A stretch of 64,000 nucleotides of DNA from Sphyrna mokarran. Lineage: Eukaryota. Of this stretch, positions 52,823 to 64,000 are shown one piece after another. The number at the start of each line of letters is the position of its first letter. Position 1 is the first letter of the stretch. The translations under genes and the position numbers were made by a program. The stretch spans positions 9,858,001-9,922,000 of the forward strand of contig JAGIQG010000040.1 of NCBI GenBank assembly GCA_024679065.1, written 5' to 3'. The notes under the pieces are model-generated. The model searched no databases. It saw only the letters and a list, made by a program, of their open reading frames with translations, and was not told where the DNA came from.

Positions 52823-55800
52823 AATTAAACTAACCAAGAAACATTTACATTAAAAATCATTACCTGATTCGATCAAATTTCTGAATTAAATGTAATTAAC
52901 AGAATAATCAAGGCAAAATACTTTATCGAGCTGAGCATAGCTGAGTAAAGAAATGTTTTGTTTTTAATTCATTTTCGATATAATTAAATATTCTGTAAAG
53001 CGGATGGTATCTTTGACGCTGGTGTATTACTTAAGGTTTTTTTGTTTTGAATTAATTAGCACCAATACTATATTGTGTTATTGTTAATTGGCAGTTAGTT
53101 CTCCTATTACTGATTTATACTCCGTAATTAAATCAGCTTTCAATCATTCAAAACTTGTTTTTGCCTCGAACATTGTGAAGTAATTAGGTTCAAATTAAAT
53201 CTTAAACAATAAACTTAAATTACTGAATGGAAGTATTCAGACATGTGTAATCCATTTGTTTAAATCGAATCACATAGTAATGATTTTCATTTCCACTTTT
53301 ATTCCAAATGCCTCACTATAATCTACAATCGTGTTTAAAAAGTGTGCTTCTGAATCTGTATTTGTTGTAACGGCATGGCAGTTTCAGATCAGTGAAATTG
53401 CTTCTTAGATTTAATAATTTGGACCATCCATATAGTTTACTTACTGAACATATTATTTAATTTAAAAAGAACTGAATTAAACAGTGAAAACAAATCAATG
53501 AGGACAATTCATTGAAATCCTCAGCAATACTGAACCATGATGCACAAAATACATTGAGACTTTCTCTTCAGTACATTTTTTTAATAAGAATTAAACATAA
53601 TGCTCAAACAAAATCGATTCTTCTATCCTGTCTTTTATTCATCCAATAATTCTATTCTGTCTTCAGCAGTAATAGAGACATGATGTTATTATTAAGCGCA
53701 GACCAAAAATTACTTTTATATTATTATAATATTTTTATATACAATAATCTTTTTGAATTTCAAGAATTAAGTTGTCAATCTCTAACCAGTTTCTGTTGAC
53801 ACCTTACGCCAATCCAAACACGATGATATGAACAAATATTTAGTATTAGCAAATTCCACTGTCAGAAAACTGTGTTCATCTATCAAGTTTATTTAAACTG
53901 TGGGATTCTAACTGATCAACTGTCAAATTATAACAACAAAAAGCAATAACGTATTTTAAGCTAAACTGATATTAATTTCAAAATTCCCTCCGAATTTTAA
54001 CTACCTCTCCCTGTCTGTCTCAAATCTCGAAATCTGTGCAAATTTCAAGACAGTGTAATGTCCCTAATAAAGATATATAGTGACGCAGTAAGAATTGTAA
54101 TTCATGATTTATTTTAAGCTGCAAGCGTCAGTTAACATGAATAAAATATTCTAACATATATTCATTATTTTTTCGATACCTATTTATTTTATACTGACAA
54201 AGATTTTTAAATGCGGTTGTTCTTTTTTTCCACTTAGCTCGAAAAAGTGTAACCGCTCAGGATCACCGAGCTTAAAAAACATAGAAGCAATTGAGAAAAA
54301 AAACAATCGATTTCGCAATTTTTAGGATGAGATTAATGATTAATTATGTCGGCATCCAACTACAAATTACTTGGATGAAATGTTGCGGCTGCACAGAAAG
54401 AGTGTAATAATCGGACGCACAAAAAAAGCCAAACAGTAACGTCTTATTTTCCAAAACTCGTATTGAAGTGAATGCGAACTTCATCGGGATATAATGATTA
54501 ATGCAAAACATCTTGTTAAACTGAGCGCTGTTATGCAAATAGCTTGTTATCATTGAAACAGTTTCTGAAATTATCACAAAATATGTCCAGCCTAAAAAAA
54601 ATTCTGGTCATGTTAGTTGTGTACAAAGAGCAGCAGAACTATTCGGAGGGATTAATGAATAATGATATTAATATAAAATATTTGTGATGAATATTTGTGA
54701 TGAATATGAATAAATTTTCACCGATTTAAAATGTTCTTTTATATTAATTTATGATTAAACGTTTTAATGAGAATTTTGTGGTTGCACAACGATTAGTGTC
54801 CGAATCTACGTTGTATATCATGATTTATTTTAATTTGTAAAAGTTATGTAAAATTTGTAAAAATGATGTGATATCTTTTCTTTCCAAAACCTGGCTGTTT
54901 TCTCCCGACAAGGATTTTCACACTCATAGATCGTTTGCATTCAATCAGAAAACATGTAACTGCTCAATGCCACCAAGTTTAAACAAGACAGAGACAATGC
55001 CGAAAGACCAAACCATTTCACACGTTTTAAACATTTATAGTAATTAAACCACAGAACCTCCTCAGAAACAGACTAAAACACATCAGTGAGGGAATGAATC
55101 CGTTTCACGGGGGCGCAAATCAATTATCCATTAAAGTGAAAAATATCATTGCAAGAAAATCTCAATATCCAATCCGACAAACCAGCTCGTCACCAAATAT
55201 ATGAATGGCTAAACTAAACAGAAATCTGGAATGAGAGCAATAGCATGGCGAGGAGGTGGAATATGTCCAACAAATTAACATTGAAACTTTAACACATTCT
55301 ATTCATGTTGGGTGATATTTCAAACAGATTTCAAACATACTAAAACATTTGGAAAGTAAAAGCTGTAGCCGGCAGGTAAAATATTGCATGTTTCTCAAAT
55401 TATGAAAGCAGTGCAAATTGTGTTTCGCACAACTGGCGTAAGCCTTGGTTAGTTTTAACCAGCAATTACCTGCTACGACTTTTAAAAATGCAAACACAAT
55501 AAATCCTGCTTGATTTCTGTGTGCAGGCACACGTCAAATAGTGTAAAACTGGCAGTCTTTGTATTCAATCACAAAGCGTATAACAGTTCACTATCACAGG
55601 GTGTGAAAATGCAGAATTGCCAAACCATTTCACAAATTTTACTTCTTCGAAGTCACCCAAACAAACCATCTCCTCACCAGAAAAATGCGTCACTGAGGGT
55701 CTGAACCCCGGTTCATGCAGAAGCAGCTCAATTCTGCAAACAATTTCAACAGAATCAAATTCCACATTGGCAGAAAATCTCAATTTAAAATCCAGCCAAT

Positions 55801-56297
55801 CCGTCGATCACCAAATAACTAATAATTAAAATGAGCACAACAATAACATAACAAAACCAGTACTTGGATTAAGCGGAACATGCTTATAGCATTAATGCAG
55901 AAACTTTAACACAGTGTGTTAAGATTTGTTAGATTTCAAATAATTGTGGTTTGCATGGTGCAACTCGCAGCCACTTGATGTCACCGAGATTCAATATTGC
56001 AGAAACGCCGAACTGTTTAACAAAAGGAAGGCATTTAAAGTAACCCACATACACTGTCCTCAGCAGATACATACCAAATCACAACAAGAGATTGAATCAC
56101 TCAATAGTACCTTTTCTCAATTAACAGTAGAATTCTATAAACCCCATTTTAAGCAGGAGCACATGAAACATTGTAAAGATTTTCAGTACAGAATCGATTA
56201 AACTATATTTCAGTGAGCAAGTGAATTAATAAAATCGAGAAAAATGAAAAACAAAAACTCAAATAAAACATAGACTAAATAAATGCATGGTTCTTAC

Positions 56298-56345
56298 CTG
56301 CAGTCACCATCACCATGGTCCCTTGTCCCCAGTAGCCCATGGCAT
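56298..56345 (-). CDS. IGHJ: JH segment
   Basis: AMGYWGQGTMVMVTA with WGxG motif; donor G|GTAAGA. Confidence 0.96.
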
Positions 56346-56384
56346 CACAGTGCCACATTCTCTAGGCTGGGTCATACAATAACC
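56346..56384 (-). promoter_or_regulatory. JH 23-RSS
   Basis: CACAGTG-23 nt-ACAATAACC read on the plus strand. Confidence 0.95.
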
Positions 56385-56714
56385 ATCGCTGAACAAAATA
56401 AACAGAAATCCGTCATTAGTTTTAAAGAAAAATCACATGCCAGAGTGGAAGTAAATCACTGCATTTTTCATGAAATTATTATTGCCCTGGTGAACGTCCT
56501 TCGCTTTAGATAAATAACATCAATGTTTTGTAGTTTACAGAGGATCCACATGATAAAGTTATTGAAAACACTAATTGATAAATAGTTATCATAAATTTTC
56601 CATATTTAATTTTCGCGATTTGTGTCGTGCTAGGACATAAATAATACAGCACTGTAAATAATGCTGGATTGTAAAACAGAGCATTGCCCCAGCCTTGGTC
56701 AATTAGCGCTGAGG

Positions 56715-56782
56715 GGTTTTTGTATTGACAGCAACTGTTGTGCCACCCAGCTATCACAGTGAGACACAGCATGTCAAATACT
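56715..56782 (-). other. IGHD: D2 segment (56743-56754, ATAGCTGGGTGG) with 12/12 RSS
   Basis: 5' side AGTATTTGA-12-CACTGTG; 3' side CACAACA-12-ACAAAAACC. Confidence 0.9.
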
Positions 56783-57095
56783 GTGCCCGCCTGCTAACTG
56801 TAAAATACAGAGATTTAATTTCACTGCTGTCTCAAATATCTCATACTACCTCTTCCAAGAACGAATGAGCGAGTTATTTCAGCTTGACCTGGTCATTATA
56901 TTTATAAAGGATATCGGATTGCTTTTAAACTCTCTGTGTAGACTTAGCACGTCGGTCAATATAGATTTTACGGATGGAGTTTTATATCTTTTGATAAACT
57001 AATGTTACTTCCACACATTATTTCATTGAAGTCTCGTTTATTTTGAAAATCCTCCTGCGGTACTGATCACCAATTTGAATAATCTCTTTCGACGA

Positions 57096-57176
57096 GGTTT
57101 TTGTATGAGGATGTCGCTGTGCTCAACACTGTGACCCCACTGTAGTATCACAGTGACACACGCACACATAAAAACT
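57096..57176 (-). other. IGHD: D1 segment (57134-57148, ATACTACAGTGGGGT) with 12/22 RSS
   Basis: 5' side AGTTTTTAT-12-CACTGTG; 3' side CACAGTG-22-ACAAAAACC. Confidence 0.95.
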
Positions 57177-57533
57177 ACACTCAACTCCTGTTCAGTACTA
57201 CCACTCAATATTTACTTGAAATAGATCCGTATTCTTGACGAATTTTAAATTTATGCAGCAGCTTACAAAACACAATCTAGAAACACTTCCTGCAAATATC
57301 AGAAATAGTAAAACAAGCATTATATCCAGGTGTGTAATTGGTGAAACTGTTAACAGTAAATATAAACAGCCCATTATGCCTGTGTGTTTTCTTGGTTTAA
57401 TGTTTAATTTTCACTATGTTAAGTTTGTCAGAAGCGGTTTGTGTTTTGTTCCTGATCACTGTTGTTATTATTATATTTAAAACACATACTGACCTTCAGG
57501 TCATGACGGAAGTTGAGGAATTCCCTTTCGAGT

Positions 57534-57572
57534 TGTTCTTGTTCGGGTCCAGCCCTGGTTCCTCTCGCTGTG
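57534..57572 (-). promoter_or_regulatory. VH 23-RSS
   Basis: CACAGCG-23 nt-ACAAGAACA directly after YYCAGD. Confidence 0.93.
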
Positions 57573-57877
57573 GTCTCCTGCACAGTAATAGATGGCGGTG
57601 TCTTCGGTCTTCAGCCTCGTCATCTCCAAAGAGAAGATGTTGTTTGAAGTGTCTTCGGACACAGTAAATCGATCCTTAATTGCTGGGGCGTAGCTGAAGC
57701 TGGATGGATTATAGTACCACACCAGCCACTCCAGCCCCTGTCGGGGAACCTGCCGGATCCAGAACATGCTGTAGTTGTCAAGATTCAAGCCGCTGGTTTT
57801 ACAGGTCAGTTTCAGGGAGTCACCGGGACGCCGGGTCTCTGCCTCTGGCTGAGTCAACACAACCTCCGACTGCACAC
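57573..57877 (-). CDS. IGHV: VH exon
   Basis: TTTTACAG acceptor; [35 protein letters not shown]; open frame. Confidence 0.97.
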
Positions 57878-58008
57878 CTGTAAAAATATATCAAAAACCA
57901 CGGGATTATTCCTGATGAAATGATTGCTGACTCTGGAACATTCCAGGATAGACTAATATTGAGGCAGTAACAACGAGAGACTTGGACAATGAAAAAAAAA
58001 CTACTCAC

Positions 58009-58054
58009 CGGATAAGAAAGTCAGCAACAAACTGAGAGAAATCGCCGATTTCAT
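58009..58054 (-). CDS. IGHV: VH leader exon
   Basis: MKSAISLSLLLTFLS then G|GTGAGT; 46 nt, the typical VH leader length; in phase with the V exon. Confidence 0.93.
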
Positions 58055-58141
58055 CCTTCTGGTAAATTGGGGGAAATGGTTGTGTCAGGAACTCAGTGAA
58101 CAAACCAGCTCCCGGACTATTGGATTCCGGTCCCAGTGAGC

Positions 58142-58155
58142 GGTATTTAAATACC
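58142..58155 (-). promoter_or_regulatory. Candidate VH TATA element
   Basis: TATTTAAATA ~90 nt upstream of the ATG in a CpG-rich patch. Confidence 0.55.
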
Positions 58156-61100
58156 CGCAGAAAAGCGCGGGTTTCGAAACGCCGCCTGTTGATTCCCTGG
58201 TGGACGCGGCGACTAGGTCCACGTCCCACCCTCCACTCCACCAACAGAATGGACTCTGAGATTTACAATAGGTTAATATTAAATGGACATTCTATCTGCA
58301 TTAGGATATTTATTTGGCTAAATCTGTTCATTGTGTTGTCTCCATTATTGTTACTGGTCAAATTGCAGTTCACTATTTATTTATTTTTTGAAATTAATCT
58401 AATTTTATTGTAAATATGGTGTTTTTATTACAACGCCCCTAACAAGAACCCAAATCTAAAAATAATGAAGTAAAATTTTCGGAAAATAATGAGATCGTCA
58501 GTCTATTTTGCAACAATTCCGGGTCTCCGTCAGATTACTTCACTAAAGCATCATTTATCGGAAGAATCGGTATCAATTTCTGTAACTAAATGTTGGGGGA
58601 TGGGGGGGAGGTGAACAAAGCGATTTTATTTACATTGTGGGTAACTCTCACTGTACAATTTGGGTTTGGATATGAGAAGAATCTCTCGCACAATTTAATG
58701 TTTCTCCTTATATTAGTCAAACTGTCACAATCTCAAAGACAGGCCTTTGAAAATAATAGGAATCCCGCCCTCCTGGTAACTAAATAGTGAGTTATCAGAG
58801 AAACATAAAATTAAATCGTCTTTTGACAGAGAAGCTAATGAATCAGAAAGGACATGAATATCATTAAAGTTCTCCTTCGGAAGCCAAATCTTTGCAGCTC
58901 ACTCTATTGGCAACCGGATGTCGAACATTTGCTGGTTTTGGGAACACAGGATATCAGGACTTTGCAGTACATTGCATAGTATCACAACAATAAACGTTTT
59001 ATCTTCTATTGAAGCAGGTTATGAACGGATTATTTCTCCATTCATTGGCAGCTATAAGAGGAACTCTTGAATAATAGAAATCCGATTATACTGTGCAATA
59101 GAACACGGTGCCGATGAGGTATAAGAGATGCTGTTGTTTATATGAGATACAGAACTTTCAGAATATTCCAGGAATCCCCTCTGTTCATGTCAGTTTTATT
59201 ATTATCTTTTAATACTATTTTGATGCATTGTTGTCATTGCTCTGATCTCAACTGACTGGGGAATTGGCACCATTAACATTAGTCTCTTGCATTTCATGAA
59301 GTGAGTAATAAACAAACTTTAATTATTGGAATAGTATTTACATGGAATTTATACAAATGAAAAAGAATCTGATCACTTTATTGTTTTTGATAGTATTTAC
59401 TTACATAATGAACAGGGCGCTGAATAAAATTATTTGATTAGAATGATTACGATTTAAAATGTGTCTTTCTTGTGGAAATGAAACGTTAATTGTTTAAATG
59501 GCTGAATCCCATTTTGTCTATTCAGATTCACGCTAATCTGTCCCACACAGTATTTGGCAGCAATCCAGGCTGCCGTCAAATGCTCAAAGTTATTGACAGG
59601 AAGCATGGGGGTGTTTGTGCAGTAAATCAAAGATTGTTCCTCAGTACTGACTGTTTGGCTGCAAGACGACTTAAAACCCTTCACATTGTCAGTGAGGTCT
59701 ATTTATAAACAAATCTACCCAGCAACAGTACTGGAGGCAATTTATTTTCTTAAAGTTGTAAATCCAGACGATTTCATGCAGCTTCTCTGGCATCCTGTTA
59801 GCAAAAAAGATGATTTTACCAATGCATCAGGATATTATGATAGATGGATAGAAAGAATTATAGGCAAACTAAGAATTTCTCAGAGAGGTGATACATGGAC
59901 ATGTATGTTTGTGTTTTCTTTCCCTTATATTTCAAAGGAATATTTGAGTTGGTAGAAATATCAGCACTTTTTCCTGTCCCAAATTCCCTTGGACTGATTC
60001 GTTTTCTAGGCCACTTCTGAAATTTTAAACCCCAACCATTTTGCTCTCTGTCTGGAGTCACATCATTGTGAGACCAGTTAGCGATGACAGATTTTCTCCA
60101 TTGGGGAATCAGAGAGCTTCCAGTGGTCACTATTAGTACCTATTACAGATTTATTAAATGAACTCAAATTTATCAGCTGCAATGGTCTGTTTTACATCCC
60201 TTCCCTCACATCACTGTCCTGGACCTCTGGATCACTGGATCACTGAATCTATTAAACTAATATCACGTCACAGTCTACACAAACAATAAATGTATTACTG
60301 TTTTGATGCGGGAATGAATGACATTTGAATGAATAATGTTTGAATGAATGATAGTTTGATGCCTGAATATTTTGATTGAGGAATCAGTGAATGGATTGAT
60401 AGAGACATTGAAAGATGCTGAAATATTCCCATATTTGTGTTTGATTATTTCATAAATTAAACCAGCTCCTGTATCCCATTTCTGTCCGTCTAATATTTCC
60501 AATTCTTCCAGAGTGTCTGGGTGAAATCCTTTCTGAGCTTATCGGGAGTTAGCAAGCTTATCTTTATGAAGAGAAGGACGAAATATTCCTGCAGCTCTTA
60601 TGGTTCATTTCTCTGTTAATTCTGAATCTTCATATCCAAGATAAGAGTGAAGATGATTAGTTTGAGGAGGGAGGATTGTAATGTTTGAAAAACGTGGTTC
60701 TTTCACGTACAATAAATGAATCAATATACCCTAACCCAAATTAGTGAAGGTAACAGTGCAAAAAGTAAATAAGTAGCAATAGAAATATTATGAGACTAAC
60801 TGGACAACTACAACGTGGCATTACTTCCCAAAACAGTGTAATAATGAATCAGGATTTAAAAATTCAGTAATTTCACATTAAATACAAGTAGCTTCATTCA
60901 TATCATCACTTTGAAAATCATCACACACTCCAGCTATGTGTCAGGAGTTTCTCTGTGATGATACGGTGATTACATGTTAATGAAGCGCAGAGGCTGCTGG
61001 GAAGCTGTTAATTATCCTCGGTCTGAATTAACTCCATTCCCCACTGAATTCTGGGACAGATTTTATACCTTGGTGACAAAAAGGCCAATAAAATGTCAAT

Positions 61101-61164
61101 AAATATTAATATCAATAAATCATACGAACTAAATTACAATTGTATGTCGTATCGAATGAAATGC

Positions 61165-61690
61165 AAAAAAACAAATAGAAAATGCTGGAAAATCACAACA
61201 GGTCTGACAGCATCTGTGGTGACAGAATAGAGCCAACATCTTGAGTCTGGATGACTTCAGAGAGTATTCCTGATGCGTTGGAGAGACCATCATTGTTTCT
61301 AACAATGTATCAGGGAAGCTGGATAACTTGCCTGTGAGATGGGAGTATGTCAAATATTACTGTGTAGTGATATACACTATGTCGAGCCACACACAAGTTC
61401 CATAAATTCACATACCAATCCCAAATATCATAATCAACTTTCCCATCCTAACTAACCTAACTATCGCCTCAATCACTATCTATATCCTAAAACAAACTTC
61501 CTAATCTCTATCCGCCCTCAACATTTCCCAAAATCATCATCCTCTTCAATTTCCTCCAAATTTGAAAGGGCCATCCTGACTCAAAACTTTGGCTCTAGTC
61601 TCTCTCCACAGATGCTATCAGACCTGTTGAGGTTTCCAGAATTTATTGTTTTTATTTCAGTTTCCAGAATCCGCAATACTTCGTTTTTTT
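61165..61690. mobile_element. Inverted pair of Penelope-type terminal-repeat remnants
   Basis: 61170-61258 is approximately the reverse complement of 61570-61655; related decayed pieces near 8735, 22160-22370 and 28270. Confidence 0.5.
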
Positions 61691-62144
61691 TTAAATGCTG
61701 AATATAATTGGTGAAATAATTATTCATCTGTATGCATTGATATAATTGGTGAATTGGAACAACCCCGCCTGGAAATTCCCCCCCCCCCCCAAGGCACTCA
61801 TCAACCTGACTTGAACACGCATTACCGATCGTATACTGTCGCTGGGTCAGAATCCATGAGCATCCTCCCTAACAACATCATGGAATTACCCACACTGCAG
61901 GTTTTGCAGTGGTTCAAGAAGGCTGCTCACCACCAACTTACTGACTGCAATTAGGATTGCCGAATAAATGCTGCCTGGAGAGTGTCGCCCAGCTTCAATA
62001 AAAGTAATGTTGAATAAACAAATCTTTATGAACAAATGAGAACAGGCGAATGCATTCATTAAAGTGTGAATGAACGGTCATTGGTGAATTTCTGAACATT
62101 TACAACATGTTCCTTATCTGCTGGGAAAATTTAAGTTTTGATGT

Positions 62145-62440
62145 TTATTTATTAATGCCACAAGTAGGCTTACATTAAGACTGCAATTAAGTTACTTTGA
62201 AAATCCCTGAGTCGCTCCATTGTGGCGTCAGTTCTGACGCTGAGGGAGAATTAAGCCTGGCCAGTACACCTTACCTTCATGCGTTTTTGGATTGTGGGAG
62301 GAAACTGGAGCGCCCAAAAGAAATACAGGCATACTCGGAAAATGTACAGACTGCGCATAGACACTGACCAAGTCAGAAACCGAACTGTGGCCCTGGGGCT
62401 ATGAGGCAACAGAGCTAACCACTCTGCCACCTGGCACCCA
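62145..62440 (-). mobile_element. tRNA-derived SINE
   Basis: Minus strand has GGTGGCAGAGTGGTTAGC head, the SINE core and an AATAAA(C) end. Confidence 0.8.
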
Positions 62441-63192
62441 CCATTCCACAAGAGATGTATGATTCAAATTCATGACATTCTTATGCAAAGTAAGTCAATG
62501 GAAAAAAAAACTGCTCCAGCTAAAGACATATCTCAGTCATAGCGTCACGGGAAAGGTTTTTGCTGTAGTCACACTTGAAATATTTCATTTTTGCAGACCG
62601 GGTATGTGCAGTATAGTGATTATGTTGGAAGATTTACTCCAGCCAGCAATTTTCCATGTTCCATATGTGTCCATATCTTTAACATACTTTGGGCAATCTT
62701 GCTAAGCCATTCAATATCGTCAGCATGGCAAGGACTATAGGATTTTGGTGATGACTGGTTTTACACCAAAGTTCCTAATATCTATTCATGAGCTCAAAAC
62801 GGTAACAAACAACACAAATGTAGCTTAATGGACAGAACTTGTGGCACAACTAACCTTTTAAAAATTGTCCTCCTCGATCATCAGGAAAAGATGATATAGA
62901 GAAAAGAATCCTATCTGATGTGTGTTGATTGTGAATCCATCATGTTCTGTAAATGGAAGGATGCAAGTGAGCATTTAGAAATTAACTTTATAAACATGAT
63001 ACATTTCACAAAACACATGCGGACCAAAATGCAAAATTTTTGTTCTTCCAGGACCACTGTATTCCAGAAATGATTTAAAATGAGTCTAAATGTAGATGCA
63101 CATTTTAAATTAAAAGATGAATAGAGAGTATGTGCCCTTGATTCGTGGCAGCATTTGACCGTTCGTAGCATCAAAGAGCCCGAGTTGAAATG

Positions 63193-64000
63193 CAGCACCA
63201 GTTCCAACTCCTCAGGTTACTGACACAATCTGCGTCCATATGAAGCAAGACTTAGAAAACATTCAGTCTTGGGATAATGGGTGGCAGATAACATTAATAC
63301 CATACAACTGACAGGCAATGACCCTCTTCAATAAGGGGGGATTCCAACCAACTCTACTTGATTCTCAGTTGGGCCGAAGGGCCTGTTTCCCATGCTGTTT
63401 TGTTCTTTGTTCTTTGAACAGTTAATGTGAATCAGAGGGAAAACAGGCTGGAACACAAAGGAAGATGATTTTGGTTGTTAATGGTCAATCATCTCAGGTA
63501 CAGGGCTTTGCAGGAATTCTTCAAGTCACTGGCATAGCCTCAAGCTTCAGCCATCATTAAAGTTCTATGTGTGGGATTTTCACTGATGATTGAACAACGT
63601 TCAGCACCGGTTCCAACTCCTCAGGTACTGACACAGTCTGCGTCCATATGAAGCAAGACTAAGAAAACATTCAGTCTTGGGATAATGAGTGGCAGGTAAC
63701 ATTAATATCATACAACTGACAGGCAATGACCCTCTTCAATAAGGGGGATTCCAACCAACTCCACTTGATTCTTAGTAACATTACTAGCGCAGTATCACTA
63801 ACTATCAATATCCTGGGCATTATAATTCGTGAAATTCTGAACTGGAACAGGCATTCAAATCCTGTGGCTAAAAGAGCAGGTCAGATGCCAGGAGTTCTGC
63901 GGCAAACAGCTCATTTCCTGAATTCTCAAACCCTGTCCGTCTTCTATAAAGCAAAATTGACAAATATAAACAAAAAACAAAGGACAGTATAGCAGATGAA
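63193..64000 (+). mobile_element. Old LINE RT remnant with a local duplication and a short inserted tail
   Basis: Decayed FADD-like site (TTCACTGATGAT) and W..QVT motifs; 63193-63369 duplicates 63602-63776. Confidence 0.6.

Noticed and set aside
57581-57587. Cryptic heptamer TACTGTG in VH FR3
   Set aside because: Common to most vertebrate VH genes because of the YC codons; not novel
39425-58054. IgW, IgNAR, IgM1gj or germline-joined cluster
   Set aside because: Four C-mu-type domains including CH2, two separate D segments and intact RSSs indicate a conventional rearranging IgM cluster

Overview
Cartilaginous-fish (shark-like) genomic DNA. The right half holds one apparently intact, unrearranged IgM heavy-chain minicluster on the minus strand: leader, VH, D1, D2, JH, a ~10.5 kb J-C intron, CH1-CH4 with secretory tail, TM1 and a candidate TM2. 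RSS spacing is V-23 / 12-D1-22 / 12-D2-12 / 23-J. The left half holds two intact two-exon GPR139/GPR142-like orphan class A GPCR genes on the plus strand, converging on the IgM 3' end. A tRNA-Pro pseudogene with a 29-nt tandem array lies at the window start. The rest is mostly CR1 LINEs (young, old and nested), one RTE fragment, tRNA-derived SINEs, Penelope-type remnants and low-complexity tracts. The most interesting points are: (1) GPCR paralogues with divergent extracellular faces next to an Ig cluster; (2) a membrane-IgM 3' end giving KVK unspliced or KIK spliced; (3) a strand-skewed repeat block just upstream of CH1; (4) old duplications with octamer-like sites in the J-C intron; (5) a CR1 family whose long 3' UTR contains a SINE core. 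All calls were made by eye with no database searches. Repeat boundaries are approximate.
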